Assembly (NCBI GenBank): GCA_965242925.1
Contig: CBDEUM010000009.1
Location: forward strand, 32,001 to 96,000
DNA: 64,000 nt
Origin: Roseibacillus sp.
GTDB taxonomy: Bacteria; Verrucomicrobiota; Verrucomicrobiia; Verrucomicrobiales; Akkermansiaceae
Direction: 5' to 3'
In this document: piece after piece, positions 29,801-37,378 of the stretch
Layout of the letters: each line of letters opens with the position of its first letter
How positions within the stretch are numbered: the stretch's first letter is position 1
Translations under genes and position numbers: made by a program
Notes under the pieces: model-generated
What the model was told of the DNA's origin: nothing
Databases searched by the model: none
What the model saw: only the letters and a program-made list of their open reading frames with translations

Positions 29801-30451
29801 ATCGAGGGCCGCCTGTACCGCGAGAATCGGATGAGGATCCGGAACCGCGTCCGCAAACGCCACTTCGCCCAACCCAACCCGGTCGCCTCCGCCGGGCGGA
29901 CCACTGCCACCATTCGCGTAGAAGTTGTCCTCGCAGGTAAACTCAACATAGCGAGCTGTCACCACTTCTGAAAACGCAAAGCTCTGCCGCGGCGCGTCAT
30001 CGATCACGGAATCAAAAAACGGATTGTAGGAGATCGACGCGCTGAGCTGCTGCTCGCCTTCTGCGGCCGTCGCAAAGCGCAGACTGAATCGGCTCACCCC
30101 GTTCGCATTCGTGGTCGTGTATCCCCAGACACTGATCTCGGAGAGCGTTCGATCCTCCCCTAAATCGAAAATCAGGACCGGCTTTCCTGTTTGCTCGATA
30201 TAGTCCGAGGGAAATCCACCCGGCGCGGCAGTGACCCAGCGGTGTGACGCTCCACTTCCCAACTGCTCGTGCTCTCCGCTTGCAGCATAGCCGTTGCCCG
30301 GCCCCTGGATCAGGTTGGAAACCGGCCAGAGATCTCCCCCGGTGGAAGTCGCGACGGAGGAGATGGGATGAAAGTCGGCCGCCGTGACCCACTGCGAGAC
30401 CATCACGACAGTAGCGGGTGCGAAGAGGGCACGAAGGAACAGGGACTTCAT
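26804..30451 (-). CDS. Secreted CotH-kinase protein (discoidin-like module, ASH/Ig-like, Fn3-like, CotH, Fn3-like, LTD, C-terminal beta domain)
   Basis: Signal peptide. ILYTTDGSLP and IYYTLDGRDP (Fn3-associated/CHB_HEX-C-like). CotH motifs IGIRVRG, DWIL, GVYAFAEKV, MGPMWDFN. LTD LVISEVMYHP. C-terminus STDLQQW...LFVRLRV. Confidence 0.85.
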   Translation of the reverse strand: MKSLFLRALFAPATVVMVSQWVTAADFHPISSVATSTGGDLWPVSNLIQGPGNGYAASGEHEQLGSGASHRWVTAAPGGFPSDYIEQTGKPVLIFDLGEDRTLSEISVWGYTTTNANGVSRFSLRFATAAEGEQQLSASISYNPFFDSVIDDAPRQSFAFSEVVTARYVEFTCEDNFYANGGSGPPGGGDRVGLGEVAFADAVPDPHPILAVQAALDFGNVASDPGAVTLPLSISNAGSDLPLELTSSMILTNATGSEHFSVSGVPDFIAAGEAHEFTVTFDSGGAEGCFNAQLELGSNDPAQPLTSLLLKAGINCVSPEPVKPTFSVEGGTFVEDLALELSTPTPGAQILYTTDGSLPSLANGMVYDGSISITETVQIRAATFSGDQPPAIATESFVRLAPDLAGYESGLPIVIIENFGRGSVPNKGWSTGSQTGGGLIQPERQSAYLRIIATDPMTGMASISAPAETDSRIGIRVRGAFSSTWTPKPYSLETWKQNGDDDRKVSPLGLPKESDWILYYPHPNYDRSMLNNTFIWALSRETGRYGTRFRFVDVFVNESGGSLRASDRRGVYAFAEKVARGNDRIDFEALSEDGRTGGWLLGINRMDPEPISGYPTENGATSPQFFHTAGPNRDQQTAPNVAGRGDDIPRQYNAFINFENPNGYRINGLQRSAIESWFRRFESVLYNEARWRDPAAGYRNYLNTRDCIDYFHLLNLAKQGDGLLLSVFPWVSSGVRKIHMGPMWDFNNGAFGNSPTSTLFFRADRLWYPRLFDDPDYMQEHIDRWYELRRGPLADDNMVAIIDRQSAQIPSALVRAQGLSVNNWNSRLQSMKSYLTTRAAWIDGQFFAPPDFSEEGGIVGAGVSLVIRKPGNVEGAIYYTLDGRDPRLPGGEILAGARIHGAPIALSNSVQVRARIRTTTGEWSALNDATFVVGIPADATNLVISEVMYHPAAPNGLAEFIELLNIADAPIDLTGASFTNGIAFSFPPDLVLAPGERILLVADQTVFESVHGPGHPIAGQFQDGTRLENAGDWIVLTGADLNPIHDFEYNDRSPWPRASDGSGFSLVLIDPLSNPDHGSAASWRRSGGVGGRPGMPDSTTLVGDPNADHDGDGRSAGLEYYYGSSDFDPLDHLFGLMVTVDQSGAMSVSFPHDASADDAIAIIETSTDLQQWTIAVAPSGPEVIPGSPTIEIWKLGPIVSGTLFVRLRVTISPAD

Positions 30452-30532
30452 GGGCAGGAGGTTGGAGCCGGTCGAAGAAAGACAAGATACCTGTGAACCC
30501 TCGGGGAGGCGACAAAAGAGACGCGAAAACAG

Positions 30533-30609
30533 TGGAGGCGGCGGGCGGATTCGAACCGCCGAATAACGGTTTTGCAAACCGTCGCCTTAGGCCACTTGGC
30601 TACGCCGCC
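30533..30609 (-). tRNA. tRNA-Cys (GCA)
   Basis: Reverse complement folds as a cloverleaf: GGCGGCG acceptor, anticodon arm ACGGT-TTGCAAA-ACCGT, T arm GGCGG-TTCGAAT-CCGCC, discriminator U and encoded CCA. Confidence 0.97.
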
Positions 30610-30626
30610 GTCGCAAAGCGAGCCGC

Positions 30627-30655
30627 GTGGTAATCCCGTTGTCCGCCGCTGTCAA
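30627..30655 (-). promoter_or_regulatory. Sigma70-type promoter for tRNA-Cys
   Basis: Minus strand reads TTGACA-N17-TACCAC, ending 17 nt before the tRNA 5' end. Confidence 0.6.
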
Positions 30656-30721
30656 TAATCAGTCTCTCCGGCGCAGGAGGCACGGCATCGACACAATACG
30701 TCGGCCCGTTAGAATCCAGCC

Positions 30722-31448
30722 GTGAAAGCACGCTGGTGGGGTCTTTTTTTCTGGGGCCTCGTCACGTCGATCCTTCCCCATGCAAGGGCGCACCAGGAAC
30801 TCCATCACAACATTGAGCTCGATCTCCGTCAGATGGATGAAGACCAGCGCCGCGCAGCTCACCTTCACCATTCACGCCCCGGAATTGCTGGTGGGACTCT
30901 CGGAGGCCGCCAGTGCGCTCTACGATTTGAACTGGCTTGAGCAGCAATCCGACCAGGAACTGGAGCAACTCATCACCCTGGGCCGGGACCATCTTGCCAG
31001 GAGGTTCACCTTGCGCCTCGATGATGGGGAGCCCGTCGACCTCGCAGCGAAGCTCACTTTCGAAAATCCCGATGCCATCCGGAACGGAGGAGCGCGGGGC
31101 CTGCCACCCGGATGCCTTGAGGCCTTCCTTGAATTATCCGCCCCGGAAGGAACCCACAAACTCCGGTTGGACCATGCCCGCAACTCGGGCAAGCGCCTGC
31201 TGCTGGTAATCGACCGTCCTGAATCCTTTCCCGGGGTCATTGATGTGGCGCCCGGGACGCATGCAGTGGTGGCCTTGCGCGGAAAGATCGATGAACCCAT
31301 TGCCCCGGAGCCTCCCGGACACCCGGAGCAGGCCCTCGGCCCCGGCCGGATGCTCGCGCTCGCTATCATCCTCACGGCCCTTGCAGGCATCACCGTAGTC
31401 CTCAGCAAACTGCGGAAGGCCTCGCGGGGCAAGGCCCCCGGTTCCTGA
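30722..31448 (+). pseudogene. Exported hypothetical protein with a C-terminal TM anchor, frameshifted near 30845-30853
   Basis: The GTG 30722 frame gives a signal peptide (MKARWWGLFFWGLVTSILPHARA-HQELHH). The body AQLTFTIHAPELL...MLALAIILTALAGITVVLSKLRK is in the +1 frame. TAGAAT lies 6 nt before the GTG. Confidence 0.6.
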
Positions 31449-31482
31449 TTGCGATCCCGGAGCAGGCGGCCAAGATCCCGGG

Positions 31483-33351
31483 ATGCGCCTGCTCCCCGTC
31501 CTCGGCCTGCTCTTGCTTTCCTCCCTCCCGGGATGGGGAAAACTACCGGCAGAACTCTCTTTTAAGGAAGGACCGATCAATGCGGTCTCCCTCGAACGGA
31601 ACGAAGAACGATTGACCCTCTACCGGGGAATAGGCCCGGCCAGGGTGGTGCTGCTCACCCACGCCCGCCGGGACCTGGTGGAAGCCGTCCGACCGGCGGC
31701 TGCCGGGGCCCACGTGGTCGCCCCCGAGAAATCCCGATCCGCTCTCACGCAGGCCGAGGCCTTCTGGGAGCAGTTCTGGAAGAAGCGCTTCAATTACTAC
31801 GAGCAGCAGGTCAACAAAGTCCCGGTGCGATCGCTGGCCGTGAACCGGTTCGTGAAGGAGGACGAGGTGGTGAAGTGGCAAGGACTGGAATTTTCCGTGA
31901 TGGAGACCCCCGGCTATTCGCGGGACGCGGTCACCTACCTCACCGAGATCGGAGGGAAACGCATCGCCTTCACCGGCGATTTGATCTGGGAAGGAGGGCG
32001 GGTCTTCGACCTCTACAGTTTCCAGGATGCCATCCCGGAGGCCCGGATCGGCGGCTACCACGGCTACGGCGGACGGTTCGGACAGTGGGTCGCCAGCCTT
32101 CAGAAACTGGCCGCCTGGAAGCCGGACCTGCTCGTCCCGGCCCGTGGACCACTCATCACCAACCCGTCCGGGGATCTCGCCGCGGCGGTGAAAAGGGTAC
32201 AGGCGATCTACAAAAACTACCTCTCCACCAATGCCCTGCACTGGTACTTCGGCAAGGAAAGACTGGAGCTCTGCGGAAAGCACGTCCTGGGACCCGGTGC
32301 CCAGATCGAGCTCATGCCCTTCTCGGAACACATCGCCCTGCCCCCGTGGTGCCGTCACATGGGCACGACCAAGCTCCTCGTTTCCAGCGACGGGCACGGT
32401 TTCGCCCTCGATGTCGGCGGAGAGCAGCAACTGCAGATGCTGCGCAAGGCCCTCGCAGACGGATTGATCCGGAAGATCGAGGGTATCTGGGTGACTCACC
32501 TGCACAATGACCACACCGCCCGGGTCCCTGCCGCGGCCCGGGAGTTCGGCTGCCCGGTCTACGCGGTGGCCGAGGTCGCGGACGGGTTGAAGCAGCCCGG
32601 AGCCTGGTTCCTGCCGGGCCTCATTCCCGAGCCGGTGGACGAGGTGGTGGTCAAAAAGGACGGGGAGAACTGGGCCTGGCGTGAGTTCACCTTCACCAGC
32701 CATTTCTTCCCCGGGCAGATGTACAACCATGGCGGCCTTCTCGTGGAGCGCGCCGATCACAAACCGGTCTTTTTCATCGGCGATTCCTTCTCCCCCTCGG
32801 GGATCGATGACTACTGCCTCATGAACCGGAACCTGATGCGCGAGGACACGGGCTACTTCCTCTGCCTGCGCAAGGTGCGCGGCCTGCCGCCGGGATCGTG
32901 GCTCGTCAACCAGCACATTCCCCACCTCTTCCGCTTCAGTGGGAAGGAGCTGGACTACCTCGAAGAGAGCTACCGCAAGCGGGCAGCCATGATCGCGGAC
33001 CTGGTCCCGTGGGACGATCCGAACTACGCTATCGACGAGGAATGGGCCTGGTTTCATCCCTACGCCAGCGAGGCCCGTCCGAGCGAACGCCTTGAGGTCG
33101 AACTGCGCCTCTGGAACCACTCCCCGCGGGAACGGACCTTCAAGATCCGGATGGGGGAGACTGATAGCCTGAAGGTCGTTGGTGAACTTCCGGAGGTGAC
33201 CCTCGCCCCGCGCACCACTGGAACAGTGAAAGTCCCCCTCCTGGTGACCTCCACCGCAGGGCCCGGGGTGCGCGTGATCACCGCGAGCCTGCGCAGCGAG
33301 GGAATCTCGGTCGAGCACTGGATCGAAACCCTGGTCAAGGTTTCCGAGTAG
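31483..33351 (+). CDS. Exported tandem metallo-beta-lactamase-fold hydrolase with a C-terminal Ig-like domain
   Basis: The first MBL domain is degenerate (LLTHARRD, TPGYS, FTGD). The second has intact THLHNDH and FFIGD. Confidence 0.8.
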   Translation: MRLLPVLGLLLLSSLPGWGKLPAELSFKEGPINAVSLERNEERLTLYRGIGPARVVLLTHARRDLVEAVRPAAAGAHVVAPEKSRSALTQAEAFWEQFWKKRFNYYEQQVNKVPVRSLAVNRFVKEDEVVKWQGLEFSVMETPGYSRDAVTYLTEIGGKRIAFTGDLIWEGGRVFDLYSFQDAIPEARIGGYHGYGGRFGQWVASLQKLAAWKPDLLVPARGPLITNPSGDLAAAVKRVQAIYKNYLSTNALHWYFGKERLELCGKHVLGPGAQIELMPFSEHIALPPWCRHMGTTKLLVSSDGHGFALDVGGEQQLQMLRKALADGLIRKIEGIWVTHLHNDHTARVPAAAREFGCPVYAVAEVADGLKQPGAWFLPGLIPEPVDEVVVKKDGENWAWREFTFTSHFFPGQMYNHGGLLVERADHKPVFFIGDSFSPSGIDDYCLMNRNLMREDTGYFLCLRKVRGLPPGSWLVNQHIPHLFRFSGKELDYLEESYRKRAAMIADLVPWDDPNYAIDEEWAWFHPYASEARPSERLEVELRLWNHSPRERTFKIRMGETDSLKVVGELPEVTLAPRTTGTVKVPLLVTSTAGPGVRVITASLRSEGISVEHWIETLVKVSE

Positions 33352-33408
33352 GGCTCCCCTTCCCCAGTTGAAGCTTTCCCCCGTGGCACATGCCGCCACA
33401 CTGCTCTC

Positions 33409-34380
33409 ATGGTAAGATTGTGTAGAGCGGTCCTTCTCCTTGGGTTGACCGGGACGTCCCTCGGACTGGCCCAAGGCCCCCGGAAGGCGGCTCCGGTATT
33501 CGAGTTGCAGGACGGCGACCGGGTCGTCTTCCTCGGGAACTCGTTCTTCGAACGAGCCCGCCAGCACGGATACCTCGAAACTTCCCTCACTCTGCGCTGG
33601 CCGGGAAGGAAGGTCACCTTCCGCAACCTCGGATGGGACGGCGACACCGTTTTCGGCCACTCCCGGACCGGCGGCCGACGCCGATCCGTCTTCGGGAACC
33701 CCGAGGAAGGATTCGGGAAGTTGATCGCTCATCTCCGCGAACTGGATCCCTCCGTCATTTTCGTGGCCTATGGCCGGAACGAGTCCTTTGCGGGGAACCC
33801 GGGGGCCGCCGATTTCCAGAAGGGATTGGAACGCCTCCTGAAGGAGGCCGGGGAGGCAAATCGGCGTTTCGTCCTGCTTTCTCCCACCCCGGCAGAACGG
33901 GGATTCGGTGCGGAGTTGCCCTCCAGGGCACCCGGAAAACCCTCCGGTCCCGACTACGTTTCCCGGCGCAACACCGTCTTGAAATTCTACCGGGATGTCA
34001 TTGCCTCCGTGGCGAGGGAGGGAGGACATCGCTTCGTGGATCTGTTTTCCACCCTCCAGAAGAGCGAGGTTCCCTATTCCAGCAACGGAATCCACCCCAG
34101 CGAGGAGGGCTACCGGAGAATTGCCCGGATCATGGCCACGACCCTGCATCTGCCCGAACCTGTGGTCGCCCTCGACTCAAAGGAGGCCGAATCCCTGCGC
34201 CACACCGTTGTCAAAAAGAACACCCTCTATTTCCATCGCTGGCGCCCGCGTAACGACGCGTTCGTCTACGGCGAGCGCAAGAACGAGCAGGCCATCGCCC
34301 AGACCGAACCGGCAAAATTCGAACCCTTCATGACGGTGCAGGAAGACCTGATTCGCGAACAACTGGAGGCCCTCAAGTGA
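33409..34380 (+). CDS. SGNH/GDSL hydrolase-fold protein
   Basis: Blocks VFLGNSF, NLGWDGDT, YGRNES and NGIHP; signal peptide. Confidence 0.8.
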   Translation: MVRLCRAVLLLGLTGTSLGLAQGPRKAAPVFELQDGDRVVFLGNSFFERARQHGYLETSLTLRWPGRKVTFRNLGWDGDTVFGHSRTGGRRRSVFGNPEEGFGKLIAHLRELDPSVIFVAYGRNESFAGNPGAADFQKGLERLLKEAGEANRRFVLLSPTPAERGFGAELPSRAPGKPSGPDYVSRRNTVLKFYRDVIASVAREGGHRFVDLFSTLQKSEVPYSSNGIHPSEEGYRRIARIMATTLHLPEPVVALDSKEAESLRHTVVKKNTLYFHRWRPRNDAFVYGERKNEQAIAQTEPAKFEPFMTVQEDLIREQLEALK

Positions 34381-37325
34381 AGCTGCTGCTCTTCTTCATC
34401 CCCCTGGCTCTCGGCTGCCTGTGTCTTCCAGCTACCGCCCAGCGGAACCTGCGGGACATTCCCCCACCCGACCCGCAGGTCGAGAAGGCCTCCTTCAAGG
34501 TGGCCGATGGGTTTGAAGTGAACCTGTGGGCTGCTGACCCCCTGCTGGCGAAGCCCTCCCAGATCTCCTTCGACCGCCAGGGACGGCTCTGGGTCGCCAG
34601 CAGTGAGACCTATCCGCAGTTGAACGTGAACCAGGATCCCAGCGACCGGATCCTGATCCTGGAGGACACGGACGGAGACGGTGCGGCAGACAAGTCCTCC
34701 ATCTATTACGATCAGCTCATCATCCCGGGAGGGGTCCTGCCCGATGGAAGCGGGGGTGCCTATGTCGCCCACGGGGAAGAACTCCTTCATCTCCGCGATC
34801 GAGACGGGGACGGCAGGGCCGATCACCGGGAAGTGCTCCTTTCCGGGTTTGGGTCCGAGGACACCCACCACACCCTCCACCGCCTGCGCTGGGGACCCGG
34901 TGGTCTCCTCTACATGCTCCAGGGCTATTACATCGGCACCCACGTGGAGACCCTCTACGGTCCCCGCCGTCTCAACGGCGGAGGGCTCTGGTCCTACGAC
35001 ACCCGAAACCGCCGCCTCGAAATCTACAGCCGCGGGCTGGTCAATCCCTGGGGGATGGTATTCGACCGCTGGGGACAATCCTTCCAGACCGACGGCGCCG
35101 GAGGCCAGGGAATCAACTACACTTTTCCGGATTCCGTCTTCCTCGCCTCTCCACACGAGCACCGAACCCTGACCGGTTTGAATCCCGGGCGCCCCAAGTC
35201 CTGCGGACTGGAGGTTATCAGCGGGAATCACTTTCCCTCCGGTTGGAACGAAAGCCTGCTCACCAACGATTTCCGCGCCAACAACATCGACCGCTACGTG
35301 GTCACCCCCGACCAGGGCGGCTACAAATCCACCCTGCAGCCCGATCTCCTCGGCTCCTCACACCTCTCATTCCGTCCCATCGACATCGTCATGGGGCCCG
35401 ATGGCGCGGTCTACGTCGCCGACTGGTACAGTCCCATCATCCAGCACGGGGAAGTGGATTTTCGTGATAAGAGGAGGGACCGGGTGCATGGCCGGATCTG
35501 GCGCATCACCGCTAGCGGACGCCCGCTCGTCAAGAAAGTGAATTACCAGGAGGCCTCCATCCCCGGGCTCCTTGATCTCCTCAAGCACGAGGCCGACTGG
35601 GTGAGGCTGAATGCCCGACAGGAACTCAAGGAGCGGAACGAAACCAGGGTGAGTTCCGCCCTCGACGAATGGGTCCGCTCTCTCGACCGGTCGGATCCGG
35701 CCTTTGAACACCACCGCCTGGAAGCTCTCTGGGCCCACCAGACCATCACGACCAGGCGCTCCCGCCACCTCCTCAAGGATATCATGAAGTCCCCGGACCA
35801 CCGCGCCCGGGCCGCCGCCATCCGCGTGCTCTACCACTGGCGGGGAGAGGCTGAGTTGCTGGTCGAGGCCGTGACAGACCCTCATCCCCAGGTCCGCCGG
35901 GAAGCCGTGACGACGCTGGGACAGTTTGCCTCCCCGGAAGCTCTCGTGGTTGCCCTCGGGGCCCTGAATCACCCCATGGACAAGTATCTCGATTTCGCCC
36001 TCTGGCGAACCTGCCGCCTCCTGGAGCCCTCCTGGCTGCCCGCCTTCCAGCAGGGAAGGCTGAAACCCGGACCCAATGCCGATCACCTGGGATTTGCTCT
36101 CAAGGCGATCGAGAAACCAGAAGCCCTGGCGCCCCTGGTCGAGTTAATCGCCAAGGGTCAGGCGGATGCATCCACCGTTCGTCTTGTAGGCAAGATCGGG
36201 CGCCCCCGTGAGCTTGATGTAGTTCTAAAACTTGCTCACCGGGACACCCATGCCTTGACCGGGGACGCCGCCCTGGCCCTGGCGGAGGCCGTCGAGGACC
36301 GAGGGATTTCCCCGGCCAACGAGAGCCTGCGCTTTCCGACCTGCAAACGATTGCTCAGTGAGGACGACAACAAGATCGTCGCTGCGGCCTGCCGCCTCGC
36401 CGCAGCCTGGAATCTCAAAGATCTAGGCAAAGAGATCCGGGCACGCCTCATCACCGCCTCCCCCGCCCTGGCCCCCGCCGCGGCAAAGGCCGTGGCCCGG
36501 CTGGGGAACCGCGAGGAGATCCATTCCCTCGCCTCCCAGGGAGAGGTCCGCCACATCCGGGTGGCAACCACCGCGGCCCTCTTTGAGATCGACCCGGCCG
36601 TGGCCTCCGTCCTCGCAGTGAAACTCTTCCATGAGAACCTGTCACAGCCTGACATCGAGACGCTCATGGGCGAGGTCCTCCTCCGGCCCGGGGGAAGCAG
36701 ACATCTTGCTGGGGCCCTTGCCGGAAAGAAGATCCCCCGGGACACCGCGCTCCATGCCACGAGGTTGCTTGAAGTCTCCGGCAAGGGGCATCCCGAACTC
36801 ACCGCCGGGCTGGCAAAGGCTGGCGAACTGAAACCACTCTCCCCGGCCCTCGGTCCACAGGCCCGCAACGCCCTTCTCTCCAAGGTCGCCGGTGGCAATG
36901 CGGTCCGCGGCCGGGCTGTCTACGAGCGTGCCGCCCTCGCATGCACGGTTTGTCATCGCGTCGCCGGAGAAGGAGGAATCATCGGTCCTGATCTTTCCAG
37001 TATCGGGGCCAGTGCTCCACCTGACTACCTCCTCGAGTCCCTCCTCAGCCCCAGTGAAAAAATCAAGGAAGGCTACCGAATGTCCATGATTACCCTCAAG
37101 AACCAGAACGTGGTCTCTGGAGCCATCAGCCGGGAAACCCGGAACGCCCTTGTCATGCGCAGTGCATTCGGCAAGGAAACCCGTATCCCAAAAAGGGACA
37201 TCGCCTCCCGCCAGACCAGCCCCGTGTCCATGATGCCTGGCGGACTGGTAGCCGGGTTGCGGGAGGATGAACTCGTGGACCTTCTGGCCTATCTCTCCTC
37301 CCTCGGCAGGACGGCGAAAAACTAG
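34377..37325 (+). CDS. PVC-type heme-binding CxxCH protein (DUF7133-like propeller, HEAT repeats, cytochrome c)
   Basis: FKVADGFEVNLWAADP, FDRQGRLWV, GPDGAVYVADWY, HGRIWRIT, HEAT repeats, CTVCH, IGPDLSSIG, SMMPGGL. GTGA overlap with the upstream gene. Confidence 0.88.
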   Translation: MKLLLFFIPLALGCLCLPATAQRNLRDIPPPDPQVEKASFKVADGFEVNLWAADPLLAKPSQISFDRQGRLWVASSETYPQLNVNQDPSDRILILEDTDGDGAADKSSIYYDQLIIPGGVLPDGSGGAYVAHGEELLHLRDRDGDGRADHREVLLSGFGSEDTHHTLHRLRWGPGGLLYMLQGYYIGTHVETLYGPRRLNGGGLWSYDTRNRRLEIYSRGLVNPWGMVFDRWGQSFQTDGAGGQGINYTFPDSVFLASPHEHRTLTGLNPGRPKSCGLEVISGNHFPSGWNESLLTNDFRANNIDRYVVTPDQGGYKSTLQPDLLGSSHLSFRPIDIVMGPDGAVYVADWYSPIIQHGEVDFRDKRRDRVHGRIWRITASGRPLVKKVNYQEASIPGLLDLLKHEADWVRLNARQELKERNETRVSSALDEWVRSLDRSDPAFEHHRLEALWAHQTITTRRSRHLLKDIMKSPDHRARAAAIRVLYHWRGEAELLVEAVTDPHPQVRREAVTTLGQFASPEALVVALGALNHPMDKYLDFALWRTCRLLEPSWLPAFQQGRLKPGPNADHLGFALKAIEKPEALAPLVELIAKGQADASTVRLVGKIGRPRELDVVLKLAHRDTHALTGDAALALAEAVEDRGISPANESLRFPTCKRLLSEDDNKIVAAACRLAAAWNLKDLGKEIRARLITASPALAPAAAKAVARLGNREEIHSLASQGEVRHIRVATTAALFEIDPAVASVLAVKLFHENLSQPDIETLMGEVLLRPGGSRHLAGALAGKKIPRDTALHATRLLEVSGKGHPELTAGLAKAGELKPLSPALGPQARNALLSKVAGGNAVRGRAVYERAALACTVCHRVAGEGGIIGPDLSSIGASAPPDYLLESLLSPSEKIKEGYRMSMITLKNQNVVSGAISRETRNALVMRSAFGKETRIPKRDIASRQTSPVSMMPGGLVAGLREDELVDLLAYLSSLGRTAKN

Positions 37326-37378
37326 GCCCCGTTTCCAGATTCCGGGGTGCCCCCCGGCAGGAAGGTTCCGCCCGGCCA

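Larger units (their letters stand above)
19086..30379 (-). repeat. Five dispersed copies of a ~175-aa discoidin-like module: ~19086-19610, 20578-21129, 21787-22326, 22586-23103, 29855-30379
   Basis: Shared motifs DLWPxSNL(I/V)QGPG, WVTxAPGGFPSD, FDLG, WGY...NANG, TARYV and GGDRxGxGE(I/V)AF, with variants in single copies. DNA-level identity is visible, e.g. ccgctggcgggccattcccgcc at ~21822 and 22621. Confidence 0.92.

Noticed and set aside
14764..30609. Genomic island integrated at tRNA-Cys (the CotH locus starts right after the tRNA 3' end)
   Set aside because: No integrase or transposase, and I found no repeat of the tRNA 3' end at the far boundary. A compositional shift cannot be established by eye.
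6975..30860. Programmed frameshifting or phase variation at the three split genes
   Set aside because: No slippery heptamer or long homopolymer/SSR at any junction. Error or simple mutation is more parsimonious.
31543..34149. 868-aa minus-strand ORF and other long antisense ORFs (11631-13346, 41227-42921, 48442-50010, 50089-51699, 58380-59774)
   Set aside because: They are shadows of well-supported genes on the opposite strand in GC-rich DNA and carry no recognisable motifs.
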